A DNA stretch of 64,000 nucleotides. It comes from Escherichia phage vB_EcoM_ECO78. Positions 41,350-50,943 of the stretch are shown here, piece by piece. Each line of letters starts with the position of its first letter. Positions within the stretch are counted from its first letter, which is position 1. Under the pieces are notes generated by a model. The model had not been told where the DNA came from and searched no databases. It worked only from the letters and a program-made list of their open reading frames with translations. A program made the position numbers and the translations under genes. The stretch lies in the sequence record PP526941.1. One strand, 5' to 3'.

Positions 41350-42669
41350 TCACACATAAAACACATCATAACGACCACGAGTGACACCAACATAAAGAAG
41401 CTGCTGAGCCAATTCAGCATCTGCATAATGAATACAAGGTGTATAGATGAAAGCACGGTCTACAGACATGCCCTGAGCTTTATGGAATGTTGATGCAGGA
41501 AGTGCTTTCACTTTACTAAACTGTGATTTAGCATCCCAAAAATCACTCCACGGAGCTTTTCCACCTTTATTCCAATTTTTATACGTTTCTGCCGTTTTAC
41601 CTAAAAATAAGTTAAACTTATACAGCTCTTCATCAGATGAAATTATTTTAATCTTTTCACGATAATATTCATCATCGCCGTAAGTTTCTACTGTTAAATC
41701 CCAATGACGAATTAGATATTCTCCAGAAACACCATGAGCTTTAACAAATGTTGATGTATACTCTGCTTCTATAATACGAACTAATTGTCCGTTATTAAAA
41801 ATAATTTCTGACACAGGCTTTCCATCAATCTTATATGTTTTAATTAATGGTTCCTGCATTACGATAATTTCACCAACGATAAAATCTTTATCAGTTTCAA
41901 AAATCTTTTTGCGAATAATGCTATTTAACTTGTCGACAGATTTATTCGTAAATGCCATTACGCGATTTTCAAACAAATCATCTAGCGATTTTACGATTGA
42001 AAAATAATTTACCATAAAATCGCGTAAAGCGGTATCACCAGTAAATCCACGTACTCCATGCCCGTCAACAACTTTATCATAAATCCACTTACCGTTGCGA
42101 ACATCAGTAGCTACATCAATAATAGGAGCATTACTGCGTTTAACTTCAGTGAGTTCACACTGATAAAAATCTTTATGCGTAAAGAATGGACTGATATAAG
42201 CAGTGTTTTCTCCTGGGTCAACAGGTCTAATTTGCTTATTATCGCCTATTCCAATTATAGTACACCACGGCGGGATAGTTGAAAGCAGAATTTTAAATAG
42301 CTTTCTATCATACATTGACACTTCGTCGCAGATTAATACTCTACATTTAGCTAAATCCGGTACTTCTTTTTGTTCAAAAAGAACGTTTTCTTCATATGTT
42401 ACCGGGTTAATTTTGAGAATACTGTGAATAGTACTCGCTTCTTTCCCTGATAGTTTTGAAAGAATCTTTTTAGCTGCATGAGTAGGAGCTGCTAAAATAA
42501 TGCCAGTTTCGCCTGTAGATATTAAAGCTTCAATGATGAACTTAGTAAGAGTAGTCTTACCAGTACCAGCAGGTCCATTAATAGTTACATGATGTTTCTT
42601 TTCTTTAATAGCCCTCATAACGATGTTAAAGGCATTTTTCTGGCCTTCTGTCAAATCATCAAATGTCAT
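41350..42669 (-). CDS. dda: Dda DNA helicase (SF1B)
   Basis: 439 aa, MTFDDLTEGQKNAFNIVMRAIKEKKHHVTINGPAGTGKTT (Walker A). Confidence 0.9.
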   Translation of the reverse strand: MTFDDLTEGQKNAFNIVMRAIKEKKHHVTINGPAGTGKTTLTKFIIEALISTGETGIILAAPTHAAKKILSKLSGKEASTIHSILKINPVTYEENVLFEQKEVPDLAKCRVLICDEVSMYDRKLFKILLSTIPPWCTIIGIGDNKQIRPVDPGENTAYISPFFTHKDFYQCELTEVKRSNAPIIDVATDVRNGKWIYDKVVDGHGVRGFTGDTALRDFMVNYFSIVKSLDDLFENRVMAFTNKSVDKLNSIIRKKIFETDKDFIVGEIIVMQEPLIKTYKIDGKPVSEIIFNNGQLVRIIEAEYTSTFVKAHGVSGEYLIRHWDLTVETYGDDEYYREKIKIISSDEELYKFNLFLGKTAETYKNWNKGGKAPWSDFWDAKSQFSKVKALPASTFHKAQGMSVDRAFIYTPCIHYADAELAQQLLYVGVTRGRYDVFYV

Positions 42670-42977
42670 CGTAAATTCCCTGCAATTGGTATACTAACAA
42701 TACGCCCAGTATCTAAAATTCGCCGATATAATCTTTGTGTGTCTACATCAGGCTTAACATGTTTAACTTCTATTTTATTAAACCAAAACTTGCGTGGAGT
42801 CTCGACTAATCTCGGAATTCCCATACCTAAAGCTAGTCGATACTGCTCTTTAAGAGTGGTAAATACTTTATCAGCAATCTCCCTTTCAAAAAATACAGCA
42901 GGACGATGTTCATCAAGCGGAACTGGCACCGCAAATCCATCTTTATCTCTATACACTATCGCATATACATAAAACAT
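42666..42977 (-). CDS. hypothetical protein (dda.1 position)
   Basis: 103 aa. Confidence 0.45.
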   Translation of the reverse strand: MFYVYAIVYRDKDGFAVPVPLDEHRPAVFFEREIADKVFTTLKEQYRLALGMGIPRLVETPRKFWFNKIEVKHVKPDVDTQRLYRRILDTGRIVSIPIAGNLR

Positions 42978-42978
42978 A

Positions 42979-43725
42979 TTATCCTCGGATAAGTTTAAAA
43001 ATTGAACAATTTAGCGGGTATCCTCTTTTCAGTTTAAGTTTATCAATAAAAGACAAGTTTTGATACCGCTCTACACCTTGAATAATTTTATCACACATAT
43101 CATATTGCATTTCTGCTTCTGACAACTTTTTCACAGTTTTCCAGTCAGAGCCTTTAAGAAGAACGTTCAATTTAACAACTTCAGCGCCTTCTGCTATACG
43201 AGAACCATCAATACGAGCTTTAAGCGCTATAATCGTTAGCTTAATGTCAGAGGTTTGTTTTGATTTAGAAAGCTGAGAAATGTGTTCAATTCGGTTTTCA
43301 CGTTTTTTCTGTATAGCTTTAATTTGATTATAAGTCTTTTTGATTTTAGCCCATTTCTTTTCATCTAAATTTAGTTTATGAACTTTTTTCGCAGATGAAC
43401 GACCAATTCGCAAAGCAAATAAATCACGCTTTTCAATCAACTCTTCTAAAGTATAATCAGAACGAAATGTATTATACTTTTTCTTTACTGCAATAACATT
43501 CCCTTTAATGTATCCAACGTTATTATCAAAACGTTCTAATGATAATTTCTCTCCTTCAATACGATTATCAAAAGGTTCTCCCGAGTAAGCGCAAACTTTC
43601 TGATCTAAAATGTTCTTAATGTAATTGAAGTCTAAGTTAAAATCTTTAGAACGTCTTTTAGCAGATGCCTGAGTATGCTCTAGACGACGTGTAATTTTAC
43701 GAATTTGATTTTTAGACAGTTTCAT
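42979..43725 (-). CDS. srd: Srd-like basic protein
   Basis: 248 aa, Lys/Arg-rich; sits between dda and modA as T4 srd does. Confidence 0.5.
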   Translation of the reverse strand: MKLSKNQIRKITRRLEHTQASAKRRSKDFNLDFNYIKNILDQKVCAYSGEPFDNRIEGEKLSLERFDNNVGYIKGNVIAVKKKYNTFRSDYTLEELIEKRDLFALRIGRSSAKKVHKLNLDEKKWAKIKKTYNQIKAIQKKRENRIEHISQLSKSKQTSDIKLTIIALKARIDGSRIAEGAEVVKLNVLLKGSDWKTVKKLSEAEMQYDMCDKIIQGVERYQNLSFIDKLKLKRGYPLNCSIFKLIRG

Positions 43726-43841
43726 ATTTTTCTCACGGACGGGTTAACTACTTATACTATAACATTTTTACTTCAGCTTGTAAACAACTTTATGAAAAAT
43801 GCTTTAAAACTTTCATGGTATAATGAATCTAAGTCCTTCCA

Positions 43842-44444
43842 TTATAGATTAAATCCTTCGAAATCAAGAGTATAAATAGTGTATGTTGAATACTTTTTAT
43901 ACTCGTATCTATCCGCAATTCTAAATACACTTCCAGCTGGTATCATTACTTCTTGTTCATCTGAAACTAATTCCATATTACGATAGCGATGGCTATCCGG
44001 AAATTTAAAACTCGGGCTATATTCTTTACAACGTAAAGCCTTTATAGCATACTCCTGGAAATTAAACACCATAGGAGCTTTGAATTCAAAAATAACTTGT
44101 GTATTGTATTCTAATCCAGAAGCAAAATGTAGAGCTATATTTTTATCATATGAAGCTGATACTACTTTATCAAATATAATAATATCAATTCCTTGATTTA
44201 ACACCTGTTTAGTCTCAACTGGAACACCTCTCCAAAGAGGTTTATCGTTTGGTTCCAAACGAGATTTGATTATTTCATTTAACCAAGAATGATCGTCTGG
44301 CTTATTAGTAATACAATGAATTAAAAGTTCAATTTCGGATAAATTAAATCCTTCAGAAAGTAATTCTTCACGAATAGAAGCACGCACCGATGCATCCATT
44401 GATTTTATTTTAAAATCTTTTAATTGCATTGCTGAATATTTCAT
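43842..44444 (-). CDS. modA: ADP-ribosyltransferase ModA
   Basis: 200 aa; R (LWRG), S-x-S (SAS) and E-x-E-like (EQEVMIP) motifs. Confidence 0.75.
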   Translation of the reverse strand: MKYSAMQLKDFKIKSMDASVRASIREELLSEGFNLSEIELLIHCITNKPDDHSWLNEIIKSRLEPNDKPLWRGVPVETKQVLNQGIDIIIFDKVVSASYDKNIALHFASGLEYNTQVIFEFKAPMVFNFQEYAIKALRCKEYSPSFKFPDSHRYRNMELVSDEQEVMIPAGSVFRIADRYEYKKYSTYTIYTLDFEGFNL

Positions 44445-45064
44445 TCAACTACCTCAATATCATATACTTTAAATGTTCCAAATGAATCGTGTAATTTTTC
44501 TTTTGAAATAGAAGTTATTTTATATTTTCCAATTGGAATCATCCATTCTTGTTCACGTACAATCATCATTAAGTTATCAGTACGTTCTGAATCTAATCCA
44601 TCAGTATCTTCATATGTATACTTAAACTCAGTATTAGGAGAAGAAAGTATAATATCGCTGATATGGTCAGAATAATTAAAAGCTTTATCAGTTTTTAAGC
44701 GAAATATTATTTCAGTGGAATATTCAACATAAGAAAAACCACATGCTGTGTGCAAACTAGTAGTAAATGAATCTACCCTATTCGTTGAAAACACTTCTCC
44801 GACTTGTAAATCTTTAATGAGTTCTTTTGTCGATTTTGATATACCACGATATAGCTGATAAGGTGATTTAGTTAAATGCTTTTTAACGATTTTATTCAAC
44901 TGCTGATGAAGAGCTTCATTCTTTTTGGCTTCCATACATTGCCAAAGAATTGACTGTTCAAAGTCAGTAAATTTTTCACAAACCTTTTTATACATATCAT
45001 ATTGAAAATCAACGCTTTCAGCTTTTATAGATAACTGTTCAACATCTGCAAGATTAATAATCAT
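44441..45064 (-). CDS. modB: ADP-ribosyltransferase ModB
   Basis: 207 aa paralog of ModA (LYRG, EQEWMIP). Confidence 0.75.
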   Translation of the reverse strand: MIINLADVEQLSIKAESVDFQYDMYKKVCEKFTDFEQSILWQCMEAKKNEALHQQLNKIVKKHLTKSPYQLYRGISKSTKELIKDLQVGEVFSTNRVDSFTTSLHTACGFSYVEYSTEIIFRLKTDKAFNYSDHISDIILSSPNTEFKYTYEDTDGLDSERTDNLMMIVREQEWMIPIGKYKITSISKEKLHDSFGTFKVYDIEVVE

Positions 45065-45090
45065 GATAGCCTCCGTATACTTCAGAAGCT

Positions 45091-45120
45091 ATCATATCAT
45101 TGTTAGGAAGGAAAGTAAAC
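45091..45120 (-). promoter_or_regulatory. early promoter of modB with 8-bp inverted repeat over the start codon
   Basis: GTTTAC-18-TATGAT; ATGATAGC (45088..45095) is complementary to GCTATCAT (45063..45070), which contains the AU of the modB AUG. Confidence 0.45.
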
Positions 45121-45131
45121 AACTTTTTGAA

Positions 45132-45314
45132 TTATTTTGCCCAGGGAGCCCAAGGCGGAGGGTCAAGATGGTATGAAGCTAGTTCTTCTAGAAGAGCATC
45201 TGGGGCTTCAATTCCATAATTCTGTAATACTATACGGTACTCTTTCTTATAATCACTAGAATCATTCTGGATATTCGTAGAATGATTATCTTCTAACATC
45301 TCAAATAAATCCAT
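45132..45314 (-). CDS. hypothetical protein
   Basis: 60 aa. Confidence 0.4.
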   Translation of the reverse strand: MDLFEMLEDNHSTNIQNDSSDYKKEYRIVLQNYGIEAPDALLEELASYHLDPPPWAPWAK

Positions 45315-45322
45315 ATTAATTC

Positions 45323-45793
45323 CTAGCGATAAAAACCAAAATGACGATTAGCTTCAATAATCTTTCTTTCTTCTTCGGACATTCTCCAGCGTAGTCCAAC
45401 ATCAAAATGAGCCCAGACCATCTTAACAAATGCATTTATATCTTTAATATCTTCAATAATGAATGTTTTACTTTTAGAAGGTTGACTAGCTAATTTAACT
45501 TTATCGTCTTCAAACAGGTCAAAAAGACCATATTCATGAGCTCTTTTATAGCCTTTAATAGTTAAAGCTTCAGAAGAAGAAAACGGTGAATCAGTATTCT
45601 GTAAAATATCTTCAGTATGCTTTATAATTAGAATAACATTTTCTGGATATTTTCTTTCTTTTATATCTTTAATTAAAATATCCGGATTTTCTGCTAAAGG
45701 AATAATTAATGAGCACTTTTTATCAAGTGTATTTACTGATTTACCTTCTTTAGACATAAATTCTATTGAATAATGTTTTGCTACTTCAATCAT
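45323..45793 (-). CDS. hypothetical protein
   Basis: 156 aa. Confidence 0.45.
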   Translation of the reverse strand: MIEVAKHYSIEFMSKEGKSVNTLDKKCSLIIPLAENPDILIKDIKERKYPENVILIIKHTEDILQNTDSPFSSSEALTIKGYKRAHEYGLFDLFEDDKVKLASQPSKSKTFIIEDIKDINAFVKMVWAHFDVGLRWRMSEEERKIIEANRHFGFYR

Positions 45794-45938
45794 GTGATTT
45801 CCTCTTGCCTACTAATGGGCCGTCAGGAATTTTGTTTTCCTGGATATATTTCTCATTTTCTTCCATCATTTTACTACCGATTTTAAGAAGCAAATCCATT
45901 GCTTCATTTGCTTTAGCTTTAGCCTCTTCTAATGTCAT
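45786..45938 (-). CDS. hypothetical small protein
   Basis: 50 aa ([28 protein letters not shown]...); weak SD. Confidence 0.25.
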   Translation of the reverse strand: MTLEEAKAKANEAMDLLLKIGSKMMEENEKYIQENKIPDGPLVGKRKSHD

Positions 45939-45946
45939 ATCTCTGT

Positions 45947-46150
45947 TCACGATTTATCCCCATAGATGTCTCTCATCAATTTAAGCGCTGAGCGTTCTAA
46001 TTTCTTTTCTTTCTCAGCACTAATCATTGATTTCATCCATTCTTCCGATTCGTTCTGCATTTCTTTATTTGCTTGTTCAACCCAACCATCATCAATATAC
46101 ATTGAGTTTGGTCTATTGAACCATTCAAGCATTTTCTTCAGAACTTTCAT
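45947..46150 (-). CDS. hypothetical protein
   Basis: 67 aa. Confidence 0.4.
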   Translation of the reverse strand: MKVLKKMLEWFNRPNSMYIDDGWVEQANKEMQNESEEWMKSMISAEKEKKLERSALKLMRDIYGDKS

Positions 46151-46622
46151 TTGTTTTACCTAAAACAATAGTAGGAGCATCGTCAAATTCATGAATTTTT
46201 AGCAATTTTGGATTTAAATTATTCCATACATAATAAATAAAGTATGATAAAGCATCTTCACTCGCAATTATAAATTTATTTCCTTTATCTATTTTCCAGT
46301 CATATACTGAATCGTACGAATAAAAAGATAAAGGGTTATCATTATATTGTTCTGCGCTAACATTGATGTATTCGGATTTAGTAAATGCTTCAATTGCTCT
46401 AAACGGACTATTTGGCACAGTTTCAATAATTCCGATCTTTTTAAGTTTTATTTCAGCATCTTCTGGAACTGGCATTGAAACGAAATTTTCTACGAGATAC
46501 ATAGGGTTACGATAACCCTTATCAATCATTACGGCTACAGTAATTGGAACATCTTTAGCAAATGACATGCTATTACTGCTAATATACATTTCAAACAAAA
46601 TCGCTTCCATAATTTTCCTCAA
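46125..46622 (-). CDS. hypothetical protein
   Basis: 165 aa. Confidence 0.45.
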   Translation of the reverse strand: MRKIMEAILFEMYISSNSMSFAKDVPITVAVMIDKGYRNPMYLVENFVSMPVPEDAEIKLKKIGIIETVPNSPFRAIEAFTKSEYINVSAEQYNDNPLSFYSYDSVYDWKIDKGNKFIIASEDALSYFIYYVWNNLNPKLLKIHEFDDAPTIVLGKTNESSEENA

Positions 46623-46957
46623 TCACAAGATGTAGATGAACAACTAGAATCACAAGAACTTCCACATGAATCTCCCGTCCATACATGAACAGGAACATTA
46701 GTATCATATGAATCAGAACTAGACTGTGTATTCTGTGTATTAGATGATGTAGGTGTTGACCAGCGCCAAGGATTTTTATAATATTCTTGGGCTTCTTCAT
46801 AAGTCATAGTAACTGCTTCTACTGTTCCATCTCCCATATAAACATACTCAACTACAGTTAAAGGAAGGTAGTCATTTGAAATAGGAACTACACCTTCCCC
46901 AGGAGTTGTAGAGAAAAAATCCGTAAAGAAACTTTTAAACCAATTAAAGATAAACAT
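46619..46957 (-). CDS. hypothetical protein with Ser/Cys-rich C-terminal tail
   Basis: 112 aa ending [34 protein letters not shown]. Confidence 0.45.
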   Translation of the reverse strand: MFIFNWFKSFFTDFFSTTPGEGVVPISNDYLPLTVVEYVYMGDGTVEAVTMTYEEAQEYYKNPWRWSTPTSSNTQNTQSSSDSYDTNVPVHVWTGDSCGSSCDSSCSSTSCD

Positions 46958-47163
46958 TACAAAAAGCCTCTTTTGAATTCAACTTGCTTTTCACCATAAT
47001 CGTATCGAATCTCTGCATTAAATTCGACAGAACCATCTGCATACATCATAAATGAATGCACAACAACTTCTGTAGACCATGGCTGTAGTTCATATTTTTT
47101 CATTACATGCCGTGAAATGATAATATCTAAATCTTCATTTGGTTTAATCCAGCGATTTAACAT
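46957..47163 (-). CDS. hypothetical protein
   Basis: 68 aa; SD AGAGGAG; early promoter upstream. Confidence 0.45.
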   Translation of the reverse strand: MLNRWIKPNEDLDIIISRHVMKKYELQPWSTEVVVHSFMMYADGSVEFNAEIRYDYGEKQVEFKRGFL

Positions 47164-47189
47164 AGTGCTCTCCTCTATAAGATAATTCT

Positions 47190-47219
47190 ATTATACCATA
47201 CTCATTGTGGAAAGTAAAC
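47190..47219 (-). promoter_or_regulatory. early promoter with canonical -10
   Basis: GGTTTAC-18-TATAAT. Confidence 0.5.
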
Positions 47220-47227
47220 CGGTAAAA

Positions 47228-47254
47228 TGAAAAAAGGACTCCCGAAGGAGTCCT
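47228..47254 (-). terminator. rho-independent terminator after soc
   Basis: AGGACUCC-UUCG-GGAGUCCU followed by U6. Confidence 0.65.
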
Positions 47255-47259
47255 TGAAT

Positions 47260-47505
47260 TTATTCACCAGTTACTTTCCACAAATCTTCGTTTGCAGTAA
47301 TCCATTCAGTACGTTGATTTTCTTCATATACTGTAGAATATGCTGCTTTTTCTGAAGGGAATATCTGATAATGAGCGCCAGAAATTTTGTGAACGTCAGA
47401 ATAAAGAGGGAAAGCTACAGAAATTTCCTTTCCTTCAATTTTCTTATTTCCATCTAATTTTTGCTCAAATGTTTTAATATTAACATAACCGCGAGTACTA
47501 GCCAT
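47260..47505 (-). CDS. soc: small outer capsid protein Soc
   Basis: 81 aa, MASTRGYVNIKTFEQKLDGNKKIEGKEISVAFPLYSDVHKISGAHYQIFP... Confidence 0.85.
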   Translation of the reverse strand: MASTRGYVNIKTFEQKLDGNKKIEGKEISVAFPLYSDVHKISGAHYQIFPSEKAAYSTVYEENQRTEWITANEDLWKVTGE

Positions 47506-47521
47506 GTAATTCTCCTTTTAT

Positions 47522-47731
47522 TTAAATTACATGATTATTTATAATAAATTCTTGCGGAACGTTAAAATAACCAATTTTAGTTAATATAACAACATCACCA
47601 TTAATAATTACCGGAGAATAATCTTCTGGAGCATTAAATTTCCAATGGGCTCTAATATTATATCCGTCAGAACCAAATGCTCGACTAGCCGGTCTCCCAG
47701 CTTTTTGCCATGCATAAAAATCAAATTTCAT
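47522..47731 (-). CDS. hypothetical protein (soc.1 position)
   Basis: 69 aa. Confidence 0.4.
   Translation of the reverse strand: MKFDFYAWQKAGRPASRAFGSDGYNIRAHWKFNAPEDYSPVIINGDVVILTKIGYFNVPQEFIINNHVI
47536..47543 (-). promoter_or_regulatory. late promoter TATAAATA for soc
   Basis: Exact TATAAATA on the minus strand about 30 nt upstream of the soc ATG. Confidence 0.5.
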
Positions 47732-47922
47732 TTTGAATGCTCTATAATTAATTTTAAAGCTTCTTCACTGACAAAAATTTCGTCAGGACCTTCTATAATT
47801 TCAACCATACGAAGTTGATTAGTTAAGAGCTCACACACGAGCTCTTTGTTATAATCTTTAAATAGCTGGTCAATACGTTTCTTATGGGCTTTCTTAAGCT
47901 GACGTTTATTTAAACGAGCCAT
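47728..47922 (-). CDS. hypothetical protein (soc.2 position)
   Basis: 64 aa. Confidence 0.4.
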   Translation of the reverse strand: MARLNKRQLKKAHKKRIDQLFKDYNKELVCELLTNQLRMVEIIEGPDEIFVSEEALKLIIEHSK

Positions 47923-48440
47923 TAATAGCCTCGGTCTTGACGAGCGAAGTTTTCAGCATTTTTCAGATAATAAAGTTTAAAGATTTCTTCAGCTGACATT
48001 CCAAGAGCAATGAATTTATTCATGAAAAAGTGAAACTGGTCAATCAGTTCAAATTTAATTTCAAGCTGATCTTCAGGAGATAAATCTTGAATTTTCTTGG
48101 ATTGCATTTCAGAATAACGTTTCTTCCAAGGTTTCCATACAGCAGAAGCTTCTTTTTCGCCATTACTCATACCACCAAGAGAAGTATATAGCTCGCGAGT
48201 TTCGTCTGCGATATAATCGTCTTGGTTTCGCAGCCAAGCAAGAACTTCTCCTGCAGTTTCAAGTGAATCGGGATGACGATTTGTTTCTGGTTTATCATTA
48301 GCCAAACGAATCTGTAAATGCCGCTGCATATCAAGCATAACCTGCAGTGGGTCAATATTGTGCATAATATTCTCAGCATATGCACGATTTGCTTTATCAA
48401 CACCTTCGATCAAATGAGCACATTCATTAAAGTAAGCCAT
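47922..48440 (-). CDS. 56: dCTPase/dUTPase gp56 (MazG-like)
   Basis: Track ORF has a 31-aa hydrophobic extension; T4-like start MAYFNECAHLIEGVDKANRAYAENIMH at 48440 with SD AGGA. Confidence 0.8.
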   Translation of the reverse strand: MAYFNECAHLIEGVDKANRAYAENIMHNIDPLQVMLDMQRHLQIRLANDKPETNRHPDSLETAGEVLAWLRNQDDYIADETRELYTSLGGMSNGEKEASAVWKPWKKRYSEMQSKKIQDLSPEDQLEIKFELIDQFHFFMNKFIALGMSAEEIFKLYYLKNAENFARQDRGY

Positions 48441-48511
48441 TATTTTTCCTTTCAATTCATGGGTTAGTAGATTAATTATACAATAAATATATAAAGCAAT
48501 AAGGAGGATAT

Positions 48512-48712
48512 ATGGTACAAAAATTAATGGCACTTGTTAATGCCATAAAAGGTAATAAAAAACGTATAGCTTTTACTATTTCTGCTATGATAGGAATTTT
48601 ACTCTGGAATTTTGTTTTATCACCAATTGCTATTGCTCATGGTGTTAATATTCCAGTAATTACTCTTGATACATTCGTAGATTTAGCATTTGCTTTGGTT
48701 GGGTTAATTTAA
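48512..48712 (+). CDS. hypothetical small membrane protein on the opposite strand
   Basis: 66 aa, hydrophobic (ISAMIGILLWNFVLSPIAIAHGVNIPVI); strong SD AAGGAGG 4 nt before ATG; stop codon overlaps the gene 61 stop inside TTTAAA. Confidence 0.4.
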   Translation: MVQKLMALVNAIKGNKKRIAFTISAMIGILLWNFVLSPIAIAHGVNIPVITLDTFVDLAFALVGLI

Positions 48713-49737
48713 ATCTTAGCATATTTAGATAGCCGCATTTTAGCCATCAACCCCTGGGCAATATTATTTTTCATATATTCCATAATTTGTTCAGGGGCTG
48801 CACCTTCCTTTCTAATCATATCATTAACATCTTTTGATTTCCAGGGAGATTTATCCCAAAACATAACCCTTTCTCCTGCATCAACTAATTTAGTCATTCG
48901 TTTAATAGTGTCAGGGTGACGAGGTTCATTATCTAAGACCCACACGCGTCTATCTTTAAATGGAACAACTTCTAGGTCTAATTGACCACCAGTAATAGCT
49001 ATACCATTTTCAATAAAAAGTGAATCTATAGGTCCTTCTAGAACATATACATCACCATCTTTGACTCGTTCAACTCCATAGATTTTTGTTGCCTCAGGAT
49101 AAGCTTTGATGGTGATATATTTTTGAGGAGCATCTTTCTTTAATGCACGTCCTTGAAAAGACTCAGCTTTTCCATTAGCATTATAAATTGGAATAACAAG
49201 ACGAGGCTCAGGTATTTCCTTTTTATATGTTCCCGGTGCTATGCTATTAACTAATTTAGGCCATTCAGTTGTAAACCAAAGATATTTCCATTTATCCTTT
49301 GGAATACAACGAGCTTTTACATATTTTATAATTGGATGGTCTTCCGCCAGTTTATCTAATCTAATACATGACGGAAGAGATTTAATTATTTTCTTCTCAG
49401 GTTGTTTAGGAAGTTCTTTAGGTTTTTCTACTGGCCGACTTTTACCTTTTTCTTTTCTTATTTCAAAGATATACTCACGATATAAATCAGGTTCAAACTC
49501 CTTTAAATATATTCCGATTGGTGCATGATAGTTACAGTTATAACAATGAATATTTCCTTCATTATTATCACCATAATACCATCCACGAGCTTTATTCTGG
49601 TCGGTTTTTGAATCTCCACAAACAGGGCATCTAAACCGTAATTTAAAAGTTGAACTATTATTTACTTGTGTGAATTTAGGTAAATGAGCTAATGCACGAT
49701 ATGCAAACTCATTATCAATCCAAGGTATTGATGACAT
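48709..49737 (-). CDS. 61: DNA primase gp61
   Basis: 342 aa; N-terminal zinc ribbon (CPVCGDS...CYNC) and TOPRIM region. Confidence 0.9.
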   Translation of the reverse strand: MSSIPWIDNEFAYRALAHLPKFTQVNNSSTFKLRFRCPVCGDSKTDQNKARGWYYGDNNEGNIHCYNCNYHAPIGIYLKEFEPDLYREYIFEIRKEKGKSRPVEKPKELPKQPEKKIIKSLPSCIRLDKLAEDHPIIKYVKARCIPKDKWKYLWFTTEWPKLVNSIAPGTYKKEIPEPRLVIPIYNANGKAESFQGRALKKDAPQKYITIKAYPEATKIYGVERVKDGDVYVLEGPIDSLFIENGIAITGGQLDLEVVPFKDRRVWVLDNEPRHPDTIKRMTKLVDAGERVMFWDKSPWKSKDVNDMIRKEGAAPEQIMEYMKNNIAQGLMAKMRLSKYAKI

Positions 49738-49739
49738 TT

Positions 49740-49904
49740 TTACTCTTCTTTTTCTTTAGATTCCTCTTTTTTCTTTTTAGGAATCTGCTCAGGACCTTTA
49801 TTTACTACAGCACCTGACGTTGTTCCAGTAGAGATATTTTCAGGATTACCACCTGAATCTCCAGCTACCATATCTTCTTTGATAAATTCTTTATATGTTT
49901 TCAT
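49740..49904 (-). CDS. hypothetical small hydrophilic protein (61.1 position)
   Basis: 54 aa MKTYKEFIKEDMVAGDSGGNPENISTGTT...KKKKEESKEKEE; SD AGAGGT. Confidence 0.35.
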   Translation of the reverse strand: MKTYKEFIKEDMVAGDSGGNPENISTGTTSGAVVNKGPEQIPKKKKEESKEKEE

Positions 49905-49905
49905 A

Positions 49906-50262
49906 TTAACCTCTATTCATAAAAGCATTAAAAATTTGGTCATCAATCGACGGAATAGCAATCTTTTCTGCATCATTTAGCAAATCATTAATTTCATCAG
50001 ATAGCATAACGCATGTACCTTTATTTCCTGTAATTGTTACTGCACAATTACGAACGTTTTCTTTATCAAATTTTAGGTTAATATTTTCGTAGTGAAAATC
50101 CTTTAATGCCGAATATATTTTTAAAATGAAATTGTCTTTTACTACAATAAACCCAACCTCACTATTAAAACGTGGTTCATGGAAACTGTAATAAACCTTT
50201 TCATCTATAAAATCGTATGAAATTTTTTCCATTTTTAAATATGAAAATTCAGAACTATACAT
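49906..50262 (-). CDS. hypothetical protein
   Basis: 118 aa. Confidence 0.45.
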   Translation of the reverse strand: MYSSEFSYLKMEKISYDFIDEKVYYSFHEPRFNSEVGFIVVKDNFILKIYSALKDFHYENINLKFDKENVRNCAVTITGNKGTCVMLSDEINDLLNDAEKIAIPSIDDQIFNAFMNRG

Positions 50263-50274
50263 ACTAACCTCTAA

Positions 50275-50568
50275 TTACTCACCTACCACTTCAGCGATGA
50301 TATTTTTATTATTAAAGTTTTTATCGCAATACAGAACATAATTATACTGCATTACACCACCAGACTTAAGTTGTTTTTGTACTTCAGCTTTCATTTCAGG
50401 ACGATCACGCTCAACGATATTCATAATATCTGCTTCAATTTGGGTTTCAACCTCAGTCTGATCCGCAGTCATAGACCATTCGCACAAATCTTTATCATAA
50501 CCTGCCATAGCAGGATGAGCAGCGCAAGAAGCTAAAGCAAAAATTGTAGCAAAGATAAATTTTTTCAT
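50275..50568 (-). CDS. sp: Spackle periplasmic protein
   Basis: 97 aa with signal peptide MKKFIFATIFALASCAAHPAMAGYDKDLCEW. Confidence 0.7.
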   Translation of the reverse strand: MKKFIFATIFALASCAAHPAMAGYDKDLCEWSMTADQTEVETQIEADIMNIVERDRPEMKAEVQKQLKSGGVMQYNYVLYCDKNFNNKNIIAEVVGE

Positions 50569-50625
50569 GATAATCTCCTCAGTAGTTTATGTTTATATAG
50601 TATCTCAATTTCCAACAAAAGTAAA

Positions 50626-50880
50626 CTATTTTATTTCCTCAAGTTCGTTAATCAATAAAAGTTCTCTGACGCTAAAAACAAAGAAAAATGTGTTCCCATC
50701 AACCAGAGCATGACCGCTAATAGAACACCCTCTGTGGAATTTAGAAACTTTACAATCTAGAACTGTAAAGGGTTTTAATCCTATGACTTTAGCTGTGCGT
50801 CTATTCAGTTCACAACCACTTGCGAATTTTTCCAAATCTTCTTCTGATTTAAACTGATATTCTCTATTAACTAGCATCAT
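50626..50880 (-). CDS. hypothetical protein (61.4 position)
   Basis: 84 aa. Confidence 0.45.
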   Translation of the reverse strand: MMLVNREYQFKSEEDLEKFASGCELNRRTAKVIGLKPFTVLDCKVSKFHRGCSISGHALVDGNTFFFVFSVRELLLINELEEIK

Positions 50881-50911
50881 TTTCTTTTCTCCGCGATTAG
50901 CTGATAGAATT

Positions 50912-50941
50912 ACTATAACACAACTCTATCAGCTTGTAAAC
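50912..50941 (-). promoter_or_regulatory. early promoter with 8-bp spacer/+1 inverted repeat
   Basis: GTTTAC aaGCTGATAGagttgtgt TATAGT ...CTATCAGC; arms at 50926..50933 and 50900..50907. Confidence 0.45.
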
Positions 50942-50943
50942 TA

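Noticed and set aside
46591-46800. His-rich ORF 46591..46800
   Set aside because: Alternative frame of the Ser/Cys-rich tail of ORF 46619..46957 and overlapping the next gene; no independent start signal.
48167-48533. Track ORFs 48167..48403 and the 31-aa N-terminal extension of gene 56
   Set aside because: The first is antisense inside gene 56; the extension precedes the good SD/ATG at 48440 that gives the T4-like gp56 N-terminus.
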